This document shows, one piece after another, positions 33,231 through 44,361 of a DNA stretch of 64,000 nucleotides. Under the pieces are notes generated by a model that searched no databases, had not been told where the DNA came from, and was given only the letters and a program-made list of their open reading frames with translations. This DNA is from Escherichia phage vB_EcoM_UP17. The translations under genes were made by a program, and so were the position numbers. Each line of letters begins with the position of its first letter. The stretch's first letter is position 1. The stretch is from the sequence record LR746137. One strand, written 5' to 3'.

Positions 33231-35219
33231 TTGTTAGAAATTAACGCCTCCAAAATTAGTAACGTGGTTACGTTTAAGGTGGACAAGAACAGTCTCAAGG
33301 AAGCAAAAGATGCCGTGTTGAGTGTTCAGAAGTTTGCAAATAAAATGCAACCCACTATGAACATGACCAAGTTTAGACAACAAATGAAAGAGATTGAGCG
33401 TGAACTTAAGAAAGCTCAAACTCAAAGTCAAAAACCTATGCGAGCACCTACTCCCGCTGGAGCGGGTGCTCCTGTAGGAGGATCTGGTAGACCTAGAACT
33501 CCTAAAACCCCGCAAGGAAGAGAAGAAGAAAAAGCTCGTAAAGCTGCTGAACGCGAAGCTAAAGCAGCAGCACGTAGGGAAGATTTAGGTAATCTTCGTT
33601 TGCAGAACTTTAACTACAGAGCAAGAGCATTTAGTAAAGCCAGTCCAGGCGCTATGCAAGAAGCTAGGGACGTTATGGGTAAAGCTGTAGAGCAATACAA
33701 AAAGGGTGAAATAACTCTTCAACGTATGAACCAAGCTCTTGCTCACCAGTTAGATGCCTTACGCAGATCTCATCGTGAAAAGAATGCTGAAATAGAAGAC
33801 GAGGTTCGCGGTCGTCGCCGTATTCGTAGAGAGCTAGAAGCAGAAGCTAAAATGCGTATACGTATGCGAAATCGTGAACTTAGAGATATAGAACGCAACC
33901 GTAAGCGTGAATTAGCTCAACAAAAACGTGATCGTGATCGTCGATATGGACAATTAAAAGAAGGTGCGGCAGGTCTTAATCCACGCATGATTGCATCCTC
34001 TTTGATAGGTGCTGGGCTGTTTGCAGGTGGTTCTGTAGTTGGTAACACGTTGATGAATACTAATGAAAGAATTAAACTTGTAAGTCGTGGTGCTGAAAAC
34101 GTTCAGACAAACGCCAACGCTATTTTGGCAATGACAGCTTGGGGTGAACAGAACGGTGTGGACTCTGCAAATATTATTAAATCAATAGATAATATTAAAG
34201 ACGTTCGTGAACGTCTTGGTAATACAGTTTTAGCTGCAAAGTGGAATGAGAAAGAAGGGAAGTGGAAAGGCGGTGATAATGGCATAACTGACATTATGAA
34301 CTTGTTTGGATGGAATCCAGAACAGCTTAAACCTTTACAGAACGATCCTTTAGCTTTTATTCAGGCTACTGTTAATGAAGGTGAGCGTCGAGGTATGAAC
34401 TCTGCTCAAATCGGGCGACTTCTTGAAAACCTTGGTGATGACCTTATGCACTACCAACGTATGTTTAGTAAAAACGGCGAAGGGTATAATGAAGTATTGA
34501 AAATGCTTCAAAGAACAGGTGCAACATTAACTCAAGAACAAATAGATGCTTCTAAAGAGTTTACTCGTTTTGCTGCAACAGTTCAGCTTGTAGGTCAAGG
34601 TATGCAGAACCATTTCTTAGAGGGTTTTGTAAAAGCTTTACCTAAAGATGATTCTTGGTTGGATAACGTTAAAGTGCTAGATCAGTTCGCCAAAGATTTA
34701 GGTGAAGAACTTGGTAAAACAACAGTTCAACTTGGTGGTTTTGCTAAAGAATTAGGAGATGGTTTCGGATCTTTTACCAATTGGCTTAAAGAAACATTCC
34801 CAGATACCTTCGGAGACAACACAGATCCTAATAAATCTTTGGCACAAAAAGCATACGAGGCAACGCAAAGTGGAGACAGCAATCCTGTAGCAGATTGGTT
34901 GTACAATTTAACAGGTATTGATACACAAGATATTGGTCGTATGTGGAGAGGAGAACAAACAAGGACACGTGCTTTTGGATTTGGTAATCCTCTTGAAGAT
35001 TTACGTGAATCAGCCTATACACCTAACGTAAGTTTGGCTCGTAATCAACCTGTTGTTGAGAATACGGTAGCAATACCAAGTGATCTTATCAAAGTTACGA
35101 TCAGCCCTTCTTCCGAGTTTGGAAATATTCTTGATGCAAGAATTCAAAATAGCGGAAATAGTATTTTCCAACGTTTGTCTCTTTCAACTCTAAGTGGACA
35201 ATCTAACACTGGTGGTTAA
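33231..35219 (+). CDS. tail tape measure protein
   Basis: 662 aa; TTG start behind GAGGA; Arg/Glu-rich coiled-coil N-terminal half; lies after the frameshifted chaperone. Confidence 0.6.
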   Translation: MLEINASKISNVVTFKVDKNSLKEAKDAVLSVQKFANKMQPTMNMTKFRQQMKEIERELKKAQTQSQKPMRAPTPAGAGAPVGGSGRPRTPKTPQGREEEKARKAAEREAKAAARREDLGNLRLQNFNYRARAFSKASPGAMQEARDVMGKAVEQYKKGEITLQRMNQALAHQLDALRRSHREKNAEIEDEVRGRRRIRRELEAEAKMRIRMRNRELRDIERNRKRELAQQKRDRDRRYGQLKEGAAGLNPRMIASSLIGAGLFAGGSVVGNTLMNTNERIKLVSRGAENVQTNANAILAMTAWGEQNGVDSANIIKSIDNIKDVRERLGNTVLAAKWNEKEGKWKGGDNGITDIMNLFGWNPEQLKPLQNDPLAFIQATVNEGERRGMNSAQIGRLLENLGDDLMHYQRMFSKNGEGYNEVLKMLQRTGATLTQEQIDASKEFTRFAATVQLVGQGMQNHFLEGFVKALPKDDSWLDNVKVLDQFAKDLGEELGKTTVQLGGFAKELGDGFGSFTNWLKETFPDTFGDNTDPNKSLAQKAYEATQSGDSNPVADWLYNLTGIDTQDIGRMWRGEQTRTRAFGFGNPLEDLRESAYTPNVSLARNQPVVENTVAIPSDLIKVTISPSSEFGNILDARIQNSGNSIFQRLSLSTLSGQSNTGG

Positions 35220-35226
35220 TAAAATA

Positions 35227-35248
35227 CCTCGCTTCGGCGGGGTTTTTT
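35227..35248 (+). terminator. rho-independent terminator after the tape measure gene
   Basis: CCTCGC-TTCG-GCGGGG hairpin followed by TTTTTTCGTTT. Confidence 0.5.
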
Positions 35249-35345
35249 CGTTTCCCTTGACACGAAGTTTCTATATGTGTTACAATAATCAATATGGGAA
35301 GATCTTGCATCTTCCTTTTGGCATTATCATTACTACGAGGTTATC

Positions 35346-36047
35346 ATGGCAGCAATGACTCCACAACAGTCGGTGAGAGCCGTCTATAAGGCAGAACAGG
35401 AAATCAACTCTACCGAGAATAAAAATACCTCGGCATCTACTGTAAAGGGTGATAATGGTTTCTGCATTTTAGCAAGTGTTTATAATAGTTCAAGTGATCA
35501 ATACATTCAAAACTTTAAAGCAATTACTTTCGATTCGGTCCCTGAAGTAGGTGTAACTCGTGAGGCAGATGTTACAAGTTTTCCAGTAGAATCAGGATCG
35601 GATGTAAGTGACCACGTTCAAATAAAAAACAACAGATTTAAACTTTCAGGTATAATTACCGAAACACCAATTCGGCTTATGCGGGATCAATTATACAGTG
35701 CAGGTGTAAATGGGGCAAGGATTTCTCAAGCAATAGAATATCTAGATCAAATATTTGAGTCAAGACAACCAATAGTTCTTTTGACAGAACACAGGACTTT
35801 TGAAAATGTTATTCTCAAAGGCTACTCTTATGATTATAAATCTGAATTTGCTATGCAATTTGATTTAGAGTTTGAACAAATCCGTCTCGTTTCTAAGGCC
35901 ACTACTAATGCTATTGCTGTAAAAACAGCACCAAATAAATCGACTGGTGGTGATGTGAAAGGTCAAGTTGCTTCGAATGGTCCTAAGTCAGATATTACAG
36001 TAAGAACTGCTGAAGCTACTAATACCCCAACAAACAACGGAGGTTAA
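35346..36047 (+). CDS. baseplate/tail protein candidate (233 aa)
   Basis: First gene after the tape measure; no motif recognised. Confidence 0.35.
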   Translation: MAAMTPQQSVRAVYKAEQEINSTENKNTSASTVKGDNGFCILASVYNSSSDQYIQNFKAITFDSVPEVGVTREADVTSFPVESGSDVSDHVQIKNNRFKLSGIITETPIRLMRDQLYSAGVNGARISQAIEYLDQIFESRQPIVLLTEHRTFENVILKGYSYDYKSEFAMQFDLEFEQIRLVSKATTNAIAVKTAPNKSTGGDVKGQVASNGPKSDITVRTAEATNTPTNNGG

Positions 36048-36049
36048 TA

Positions 36050-36463
36050 GTGACAACTTATTCTAAAACAACAAGGTCTACAAGTAATACAGGCTACAGT
36101 GCAGTTTATCTAGAGGACCATTCTACTTATTTTGCATGGTATCTGAAAACTGAAGAGTATCCTGATCAAACATATACAGTTACATTGGATGGAGTTGATT
36201 ATGACATTCGTTTAAGGTGGAACACTAGGGACGAGTCTTGGCAATGTCAGATTGGATTATCTGGAGATGATCCAAGTATAAGTTTCAAAGTTACAAATGG
36301 TTTAGATCTTCTTAAACCTTATAAATATCTTGAAAGTGTGCCAGATGGTCAATTGTATATAGTAGATACAGTTAAGATTAATGGTCGTCCTGGGTATACA
36401 ACTACAGGTCGAGATAAACGTTTTGTATTGGTTTATATTGATAACAAACCTAATCAGGCGTAA
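36050..36463 (+). CDS. baseplate/tail protein candidate (137 aa)
   Basis: Operon context. Confidence 0.35.
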   Translation: MTTYSKTTRSTSNTGYSAVYLEDHSTYFAWYLKTEEYPDQTYTVTLDGVDYDIRLRWNTRDESWQCQIGLSGDDPSISFKVTNGLDLLKPYKYLESVPDGQLYIVDTVKINGRPGYTTTGRDKRFVLVYIDNKPNQA

Positions 36464-36472
36464 GGAGATAAT

Positions 36473-37483
36473 ATGGCAGAAAGAGAGTATACAAAAGCTC
36501 CTGCCCCTAATTTAAACAGGGCATACAAATTATTAATTGGTTCTGCCACAAACACAATACAGAAGAGAACTAAGAACTCGGCATTTAAATCTACAGTAGA
36601 TTTGGATACCAAGTTAGGAACAACAGAAAAATCCTCTTCTAATTTGTATTTGTTGCAAGACCATCAAATAACCTTCAGTATTAAGAAAGATAATAACAAA
36701 GATCCTAACCAAGCAGAGATTGTAGTTTATAACCTTTCGGATGATACTGTTAACTATATAAACCGTGGTATCCGAAATAACTTGGCTGTTGCTTTAGCGG
36801 TAGGATACGAAGGTGAAGAGTTGGTTATGGTCTTCAAAGGAACTATCCAGTGGGTTAGTGATACTTTTGACTCGGTAGACAGGAAAACCACTTTACACTG
36901 TTTGGATGGCGGTATTAACATTGCAGAAGCAAGAACAAGCCGCAGTTATCCAAAAGGAACTAAAATCAAACGTGTTGTGACAGATTTGGTAAAGGATTTA
37001 GGAACTACAGAAGGTAATATACACGTAGATAATGATCAAACCTTATCCTCAGCAACAGCTATGTGTGGAAACACTTCACATTACCTAGAACATATTTGTA
37101 AAAGTATTGATCACAATGTGTCAATACAAGATGGATCTGTTTATGTCACTCCTCGTTCACAAATGTCTAGTGCACGTAGCGCCTACATTAGCCCTGAAAC
37201 TGGTCTGATAGGAAGTCCAGAACCATTCCACAACGATATAAAACCTACTAAAAAAGTTACCAAGTCATCTAAGAAGGCAAAGAAACCTACAGATGGTGTT
37301 AAATTCAAATGCCAAATGAATGGTGCAATATTACCAGAAAAAACAATCTGGTTAAAAAGCCGAGATTATGATGGTCCATTTAAAGTTGTTTCTGTTTCTC
37401 ACAATGGTGATAAAGAGGGTAAAGAGTGGGTTACTGAAGTGGAGTGTGTATCCGTGTCTGAAATAATGACTAAGGAGAAATAA
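36473..37483 (+). CDS. baseplate protein candidate (336 aa)
   Basis: Operon context; Lys-rich linker KKVTKSSKKAKKP. Confidence 0.35.
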   Translation: MAEREYTKAPAPNLNRAYKLLIGSATNTIQKRTKNSAFKSTVDLDTKLGTTEKSSSNLYLLQDHQITFSIKKDNNKDPNQAEIVVYNLSDDTVNYINRGIRNNLAVALAVGYEGEELVMVFKGTIQWVSDTFDSVDRKTTLHCLDGGINIAEARTSRSYPKGTKIKRVVTDLVKDLGTTEGNIHVDNDQTLSSATAMCGNTSHYLEHICKSIDHNVSIQDGSVYVTPRSQMSSARSAYISPETGLIGSPEPFHNDIKPTKKVTKSSKKAKKPTDGVKFKCQMNGAILPEKTIWLKSRDYDGPFKVVSVSHNGDKEGKEWVTEVECVSVSEIMTKEK

Positions 37484-38217
37484 TGGATGCATTAAATTTT
37501 GTCACAGCAATGCGTGGCTTAATGACAGAACAATTAGCAGAAGTCCATACAGCCCTGCCAGTCCGTGTGACTGGCGTTAATTATGGTGCTAAAACTGTCA
37601 CTTTAGAATCTATTGTTAAAAACACACGATCTAGTGAAGATGAAATAGATTACCCTACTTTTGAAGATGTTCCTTTTATGGTTAATGGAGGTGGGACAGG
37701 AAGAATCTCATTCCCTATTAAAGCTGGCGATTTAGGAACTGTTATATTTTCTGAAAGAGATCCTTCTAATGCACTGCAAACTAGTGGAGAAACCTCTTCA
37801 TCATCCACTTTTATGCAGCCTTGTGGATTATACCCTATTTGTTTTATTCCCAAAATAGCTACAGGAACAGATTCAACAGAAGCTGTAGATTCTGAAAAGG
37901 TAGTTATTTCTAATAACAAAAACACGTACGCTTCTTTCGACCCTACAGGTAATATTTCAATATGGAATAGTCAAGGGATGAAAATAGATATTACTACCTC
38001 CGGTATTACTATTACAGATGGCACAGGAACTTTGGATCTAAAAGGTGGTAATTTAACTTTCAAAGGCGGCGTGGCAGATATCAATGGTCTTAAAATAGAC
38101 CAGAACGGTTTGATGACAGATGGTAATGGCATCGGATTCCATACTCACACGCACACGGTTCGTAACATTCAGAGCGGTAACTCAAGTGCCGAGTCCTTAA
38201 AACCAACAGGAGCCTAA
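37483..38217 (+). CDS. baseplate spike/assembly protein candidate (gpV-like position)
   Basis: 244-aa gene immediately before the gpW/gp25-like gene; Gly-rich repeats. Confidence 0.35.
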   Translation: MDALNFVTAMRGLMTEQLAEVHTALPVRVTGVNYGAKTVTLESIVKNTRSSEDEIDYPTFEDVPFMVNGGGTGRISFPIKAGDLGTVIFSERDPSNALQTSGETSSSSTFMQPCGLYPICFIPKIATGTDSTEAVDSEKVVISNNKNTYASFDPTGNISIWNSQGMKIDITTSGITITDGTGTLDLKGGNLTFKGGVADINGLKIDQNGLMTDGNGIGFHTHTHTVRNIQSGNSSAESLKPTGA

Positions 38218-38218
38218 C

Positions 38219-38842
38219 ATGGGAATCCCTTTTGACTTAAAACTTGGGCCAAACAACGACCTCATCATGGATGATGGGGATTTGGTCCTCACTACAACCA
38301 GAACAGAAATTGCAGCACAAACTCTTGGGATAACTCTGAACACGTATCGTGGGGAGTGGTTTTTAAATACTAACTTCGGTGTTCCTTACTTACAAGAGAT
38401 TATTGGTGTTGCTAGAAAGAAAGATATTGTAGACAGAATATTTTTAGCAGAGATTGCCAAAAACGTTTACATAGATACAATAAACAGTTATAAATCTGCT
38501 TATGATATGGATCAACGTTATTACTCAATGACAGTTATGGTCACAGTTGGAGCAGATACAGTAACATCTATATTCAATACTCAACCTTCTGAAGAGTTTA
38601 TTTACCCTGAAGCTGGTGAAGACAATGCAGCGATCATTTGTGAAGCTTACAGTATTGTTGAGAATTCGAATAGACTTTATCGCTTTATCAACTTTGTTGG
38701 TTTGCCACGTGATACCTACTCTACTTGGTGGAATGAATGGTCTACAGAGTCAGCAGGGGAAAGAATCATGGTTAACGAAAAAGGTGATGCATTAGCTACA
38801 AACAATAATTTCGGTATAACAGCTATGACAGGAGTAGAATAA
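38219..38842 (+). CDS. baseplate wedge protein, gpW/gp25-like
   Basis: LNTYRGEWFLNTNFGVPY matches the GpW/gp25 family pattern (GE.F..P.FG) recalled from memory. Confidence 0.5.
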   Translation: MGIPFDLKLGPNNDLIMDDGDLVLTTTRTEIAAQTLGITLNTYRGEWFLNTNFGVPYLQEIIGVARKKDIVDRIFLAEIAKNVYIDTINSYKSAYDMDQRYYSMTVMVTVGADTVTSIFNTQPSEEFIYPEAGEDNAAIICEAYSIVENSNRLYRFINFVGLPRDTYSTWWNEWSTESAGERIMVNEKGDALATNNNFGITAMTGVE

Positions 38843-39315
38843 TGGCAGATTTAACTACGATCAAAGTTTCTGATCTTACACAAACAACCTCTGTATCTGA
38901 TACAGATTTCTTTGTAACAGATCAGGCTGGAATAACAAAGAAGACTTCTTTGAAAGTGCTGTTGAGTGGTGCAGGGGTAACTAGAAACCGTTTAAATGCA
39001 CGTGGAACAGTAACTAGCACCTTGGCATTAGATATTAGTTCAGCAGAATATTTTTCGGCAACTTTATCTTCTGCAACATGCACAATTAGTTTTACTAATA
39101 TTCCAGTAGCAACGAATGCAGTTTTAAACTTTACTTTAGCTTTGCGTCAAGGAAGTGGCGCAAATAAAGTCGTATGGCCTTCTTCTGTAAAATGGAGTTT
39201 TGGTCGTTCCCCAGTTTTGAGTTATCGTCAAGGTGCAACAGACACTTTTGAGTTTATCAGTTATGATAATGGTGCAACTTGGACAGGTAGCTTAGTTTTA
39301 GCAGGAGTTATTTAA
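38842..39315 (+). CDS. tail/baseplate protein candidate (157 aa)
   Basis: ATGA-overlapped; Ser/Thr-rich. Confidence 0.3.
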   Translation: MADLTTIKVSDLTQTTSVSDTDFFVTDQAGITKKTSLKVLLSGAGVTRNRLNARGTVTSTLALDISSAEYFSATLSSATCTISFTNIPVATNAVLNFTLALRQGSGANKVVWPSSVKWSFGRSPVLSYRQGATDTFEFISYDNGATWTGSLVLAGVI

Positions 39316-42191
39316 TGTCAAGAGTTAAGCACAATATTGACAACACGTTTCAGTTGATTGAAGGGTTGGTTCAGTTTTTGGAAAGAAATACTGGGCTTAC
39401 CATAGATCCTACGGTTCAGCATTACATTATCAACCCACAAAACGTATTGGCGAACAACAGACACTTTATTAACTGGACAGCGCAGGAAGGGCAACCAAAC
39501 GGTGACGCTACTACCGAAGGTCAATCTGTGCTTATCACTGGTTTTGCTTATGCATATTTGGCTACAGGGGATAAAAAATATCTTGAATCTGCCGAGAAGT
39601 ATTGGCAAGCCTATATAGATCACTTCTTCGGGGGCCAACCTATTCCTGATCCTCCGGCTAAGTATCGTCCCAACTGGATCATCAATGGTAAAGAACCACG
39701 TTTAGCACATTACCCTCTCACAGATGATGGGTATCCTACGCACGGTGGGTTCAAAGGTAGCATGATGACTTGGATTAACGGAAGGACTGTTATTCCTAAA
39801 GGTGCACCGCATTGGGGGGAATACTTAGATAAAGCTTGGTTTGCTTTCAATGGCAATCTTGGTTGGAACTCCGTTAACGCAACAGTTTATGCAACTAATC
39901 CAGATGGTTCAACCAACTGGAAAGAATATGGAGATCAGTGGGACGTTGAATGGATTATAGATCGTCTAGGACGTAAAGTTGATTGGGATGGTAACATTTT
40001 ATCTACAGGTCACAGCTTCGCAGAATATGGAACAGTGCAACTTAAAAATGCTTCTGTGAACGGTGATTATAAATTCAACTACGCTACATGCAACCCTGTA
40101 GAACACGGTGGATATCTGCTTAAGCGTAATGAGATGTGGCATAACCGTCCTGTAAACGTTCCGGTAGAGTTAGGTTATCAAGATAATGCTTCCGATGCTG
40201 AAACGTGGTGGTGTGATGCAAACTACTTGATGTATCAGATCACAGGAGAGAGAAAATACTGGCTTTGCTGGCAATCTTCTTTATTGTTGTGTCAAGACTA
40301 CTCAAACATCGATATGTTTGATAAATTCTTCCGTAGATCTACGACAGCAATAATTCCTTTTACAGATGGTATCTCGTATGATTACTCATACCCATCTACA
40401 GCAATACCTAAATATTCTCGTGACGAATTAGGATACACAGTAATTCGCCAAGATGTTTCAGCACAAACAACTCTAGAACAACAGGCAGTTTGGTTCAGAG
40501 TAGATCAGAATTCAAAACTGCGTATTGAGTTTCAAGGTGTAGATGATGCAGGGGAAGGTGTTCTTTTCCGTCCAGAGCTAGAATTAAGCAAAACTAAGAG
40601 TGAAACAGACACAGTGACATATCGTTGTGGCTTACCTCTTGGTGCAGCTAATATGACTAAGATGGATATACCTTTATCTAGTTTTATGCGCACCGAACCT
40701 CCTGGAGGTGGTGTATATATTATTGCTGAACCCAGAATTATTGTTGACTGGGGAAGCAATACTGTGATACAATATAAATATGCAACTGGTATTGCTGGGA
40801 CAAATAGTGATCAGATAGTTTCTGCTAATATGGATTCAGATGGTGGTTTTACTGTTGGGTTTTGGTTAACACCAACTAAAACAGCCAATTTAAAATCTAT
40901 TACATATCGTTCATACGCAGATGATTTTAACATCACTATTACGGATTCCGCAGGTTGGAGATGGTGGGCCATGTTAGAAAAAACAAATTCTGCATGGGTT
41001 ACTAAAGCTTTAAGTCCTGCTGATTTCAAATTAAGCACTTGGCAACCCAATCATAACGACACAGAGACAAAACCTTCGTCAATAAACCTGACTGCTGTTG
41101 ATCAGATCAGCATTGCATTGGATTCTGAACCTGCAAATGGCTTGACAGGGGCAATCGATTTTTATTGTGTTAACGATATCCCATCTTTGTATTCTTCAGC
41201 CGCTGGTGATGATTACACAATGTATTTCAGGGTTACAGTTTCATCTGAAAATCCTTATACAGCAAAACTTGGAGATTGTACAATACTGGACTATAAACTT
41301 GACAGTTTGAATTATACTCCAGGAATCATTCCATTTTCCAATATTAGTGATCCTAACACAGCATTATATGACGGTTGGCGTGGTATTCCTTACCCAGGTT
41401 ATCAATACCCATCCTTATATTGTTTTAAAGGGAGAGATATTGACTGGGTTCGTATGAACAACAGTATAGACTTTTTATATGATTCACAAATGTGGTTTTA
41501 TAATAAGTTTGCCCCTGTGATGCCTGGGCCAATGGCACAAGCTTATGTTTGGGATCGTTGGGATGCTCATAAATATGGAAACAAGAATGAGTTCACAATG
41601 TATCATTGGAACGATAAAGCTTGGGATGGTTATGAAGCACGAGCATTCTTCTGTGCGTGTCATACAGTATACGAACTGAAACAACGAGGAGCAGAAGTTC
41701 CTGAAAAACTTTTAACAGTTTGTAAAAACTGGATCAATTATCTGAAGTGGTTCCAAGATAACAACGAAGGAAGAACACCAACAATATTTTATCCCAACGG
41801 AGAAGTGGCTGCGCCTGTAGATGACTTTACAAGTCACATGTCTGCGCTCTTTATGGCGGGATGTGCTATAATGGGGATGGCTGGATATGATTCAGAAATT
41901 CCTAACATTAAAATAGTAGCAGATCGCTGTTTTGAACTTATTCAGGAAAATTATATTGTTCTTGGTCCTAATCACGTTATGAATGGTTGTTGGAGTGCTG
42001 CCCCTAGACCAGACAGTGATAACGGAGTCTTCTTTGGCTTCCACGCCGGAGAGTTGTTACGTGGTTTTGGGTTGTATGCCTTATACAAAAAACTTAATCC
42101 CCAAAATGCATTACCTGTTTTGGATTCGAGCAATATTCCTGCACTTACTGTTTTGACAATGGCAAACATTAGTGTGGACGTTACCGAGTAA
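39315..42191 (+). CDS. large virion structural protein (958 aa)
   Basis: Large Trp/Tyr-rich ORF inserted between the gpW-like and gpJ-like genes. Confidence 0.4.
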   Translation: MSRVKHNIDNTFQLIEGLVQFLERNTGLTIDPTVQHYIINPQNVLANNRHFINWTAQEGQPNGDATTEGQSVLITGFAYAYLATGDKKYLESAEKYWQAYIDHFFGGQPIPDPPAKYRPNWIINGKEPRLAHYPLTDDGYPTHGGFKGSMMTWINGRTVIPKGAPHWGEYLDKAWFAFNGNLGWNSVNATVYATNPDGSTNWKEYGDQWDVEWIIDRLGRKVDWDGNILSTGHSFAEYGTVQLKNASVNGDYKFNYATCNPVEHGGYLLKRNEMWHNRPVNVPVELGYQDNASDAETWWCDANYLMYQITGERKYWLCWQSSLLLCQDYSNIDMFDKFFRRSTTAIIPFTDGISYDYSYPSTAIPKYSRDELGYTVIRQDVSAQTTLEQQAVWFRVDQNSKLRIEFQGVDDAGEGVLFRPELELSKTKSETDTVTYRCGLPLGAANMTKMDIPLSSFMRTEPPGGGVYIIAEPRIIVDWGSNTVIQYKYATGIAGTNSDQIVSANMDSDGGFTVGFWLTPTKTANLKSITYRSYADDFNITITDSAGWRWWAMLEKTNSAWVTKALSPADFKLSTWQPNHNDTETKPSSINLTAVDQISIALDSEPANGLTGAIDFYCVNDIPSLYSSAAGDDYTMYFRVTVSSENPYTAKLGDCTILDYKLDSLNYTPGIIPFSNISDPNTALYDGWRGIPYPGYQYPSLYCFKGRDIDWVRMNNSIDFLYDSQMWFYNKFAPVMPGPMAQAYVWDRWDAHKYGNKNEFTMYHWNDKAWDGYEARAFFCACHTVYELKQRGAEVPEKLLTVCKNWINYLKWFQDNNEGRTPTIFYPNGEVAAPVDDFTSHMSALFMAGCAIMGMAGYDSEIPNIKIVADRCFELIQENYIVLGPNHVMNGCWSAAPRPDSDNGVFFGFHAGELLRGFGLYALYKKLNPQNALPVLDSSNIPALTVLTMANISVDVTE

Positions 42192-42199
42192 GGGGTAAA

Positions 42200-44353
42200 A
42201 TGAAACAAGCTATATTTACTGTCACGCGAGACAAGAGAGTAAATGCGAGTTCATTTAACTACACGACTGTTGATGGAACAGCAGTCGCTGGTAGAGATTA
42301 TATTGCAAAATCGGGAACACTTGTGTTCCCTGATGATGCTGATTCTGCTACCATTGTGGTTGAAGTATTTGAACGACCAAAGAACTCAATAGATCTTAAC
42401 TTCTCCCTCCAAGTTTCAGGGATTAGTCAAAATAATATGATGGTTGAAACAACCATCAATTGTATTATAACTACTATCCAAGAAAATACCACTCCAATAA
42501 CTTGGACTACAAAAGACGTTAAAATGTTCTCTCCTATGTATTGGACAATAGATTCTCAAGCAACGGAAAGTTGTTCTATTGTATCTCATGGAGACTCTTT
42601 TACTGCAAGATTTGTAAACAGAACAACAGCAGGTTTGGCAGGGGTTATCTGGAGCACAGTTGACAAATATGACCATAAAGGTGTTGGGTATTTACCCCAC
42701 ACAGATTTAAGTTCAGAGAAACTTTGGTTTAAAATGGAAATTAGTCAAAACATGCCAGGTTTTAAAGAAGAACCTTTGGTGCCGACTTTGACTGTAACTC
42801 TCCTGGATAAAAGTGTTCATTATGTCAGTTTAGGATTCTACGCTTCAGATATTTCAGAAGATGGTAAAACAGCTACAATCAAGTTAGATTTTGGTAATAT
42901 CTTTTCTGGCCCTAATAATGATATTCCTTTGGATATGAGTGCTGTAGATAATATTTTCTTCTCTTTGATTACAGCAAGGTATGAAGAAATAGAAGAGGTT
43001 GTACCTATTGACAGTCAAGAGGCTTGGTTTACTTTCACTCTTCTTGAACCTACTTCTGGTTACAGTATGATGAAAGTCAGCAACCTTGTCCAGCCTGAAC
43101 ATGATATTCGCATGTGCACATCTTATGATGATATGTATAACCTGACTCCAGAGAGAGTTATTTATAATACATATGCACTAGGTTATCGTGGAATGATTAA
43201 CCATTACAACGGAATGTCTCACTATTATGAGTTCTCATGGAACGGAACATCTTGGGCTTTAAATAGATCTGTTTTCCTGAATCCGGCTACAGAAGCTTGG
43301 CTTAACAGTTTCCATTCTATAGCTAATGAAAATGGCTACACAATAATGAACTCTTTGAGTTTTGAGTTGATGAGCACAGTTTGTCCTGTAGAATGGGTTC
43401 AACATGATTGGAACGATGCTCTTGCAGCAACAGGTTATGAGCCGCCTAGTTATGTGTTATCTCCAACTATTGACGAAGGTATGGAATATTTGCAAAATGT
43501 TATTAATAAAATAGCATCTATTTCGCAAGCTAATAATATTCCAGTTGTCATTCAAATTGGTGAGCCTTGGTGGTGGTATAATACAGCAAGTAAAATGCCT
43601 TGCATATATGATTACACTACCAAACTGGCATTCAACACAGAAACAGGTTTATTTGCACAAGATGCAGGAACAATAGATAATTATAAAACAGGAACGCCGT
43701 TTGACGAATACTATGCATTTTTGTCTCGTAAACTAGGATTAAGAGTTACAAAGTTTGCAACAGATACTAGAGCAACTTACCCAGGAGCCAAGGTAACATT
43801 GCTTCCGTTCTTGCCATCAATTATCGGCAACGGTTTGATGGAGAAAGTTAACTTCCCGTCTGATTACTACATTCCTGAAGCTTTTGATTTTTATTGTTCA
43901 GAGTGTTACGACTGGCTTCTGGAAGGTAAAATGATGAAAGCATTCGATGCAATTACCATACCACATGAAAAATTAGGTTTTGAATATTCTGATATTCACT
44001 ATCTTTCGGGTTTTGTTCCAGATGCTACTCTTGCACCTTTGTATGGCTTCGATCCTGAATCAAACTACCGCACGTATCTTTGGAAAATGATTATAGGTAA
44101 TATAGTGTTGAACGCCAATAAGTTCAATGGGCTTACACAATATATATGGGCCTATCCTCAAATAATGCATGATTCCATCACGGTAGTTAATTCTCAATCC
44201 CAAGTTTTCTATATGGGTAATGTGCCTTTGAATTGTTATTTGCAAGATATCACTCTTAAACAGGTAAATGTTGAGATTGCCACTATAAGTGGAATTACAT
44301 TAGCCACTAAATCTGGAGAAGATTTAGTAACAACACAAAAATTTTATATATAG
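42200..44353 (+). CDS. tail fibre/baseplate protein with N-terminal Calx-beta-like segment (717 aa)
   Basis: N-terminal AVAGRDYIAKSGTLVFPDDADSATIVVEVF resembles the Calx-beta motif. Confidence 0.4.
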   Translation: MKQAIFTVTRDKRVNASSFNYTTVDGTAVAGRDYIAKSGTLVFPDDADSATIVVEVFERPKNSIDLNFSLQVSGISQNNMMVETTINCIITTIQENTTPITWTTKDVKMFSPMYWTIDSQATESCSIVSHGDSFTARFVNRTTAGLAGVIWSTVDKYDHKGVGYLPHTDLSSEKLWFKMEISQNMPGFKEEPLVPTLTVTLLDKSVHYVSLGFYASDISEDGKTATIKLDFGNIFSGPNNDIPLDMSAVDNIFFSLITARYEEIEEVVPIDSQEAWFTFTLLEPTSGYSMMKVSNLVQPEHDIRMCTSYDDMYNLTPERVIYNTYALGYRGMINHYNGMSHYYEFSWNGTSWALNRSVFLNPATEAWLNSFHSIANENGYTIMNSLSFELMSTVCPVEWVQHDWNDALAATGYEPPSYVLSPTIDEGMEYLQNVINKIASISQANNIPVVIQIGEPWWWYNTASKMPCIYDYTTKLAFNTETGLFAQDAGTIDNYKTGTPFDEYYAFLSRKLGLRVTKFATDTRATYPGAKVTLLPFLPSIIGNGLMEKVNFPSDYYIPEAFDFYCSECYDWLLEGKMMKAFDAITIPHEKLGFEYSDIHYLSGFVPDATLAPLYGFDPESNYRTYLWKMIIGNIVLNANKFNGLTQYIWAYPQIMHDSITVVNSQSQVFYMGNVPLNCYLQDITLKQVNVEIATISGITLATKSGEDLVTTQKFYI

Positions 44354-44361
44354 GAGTAAAA

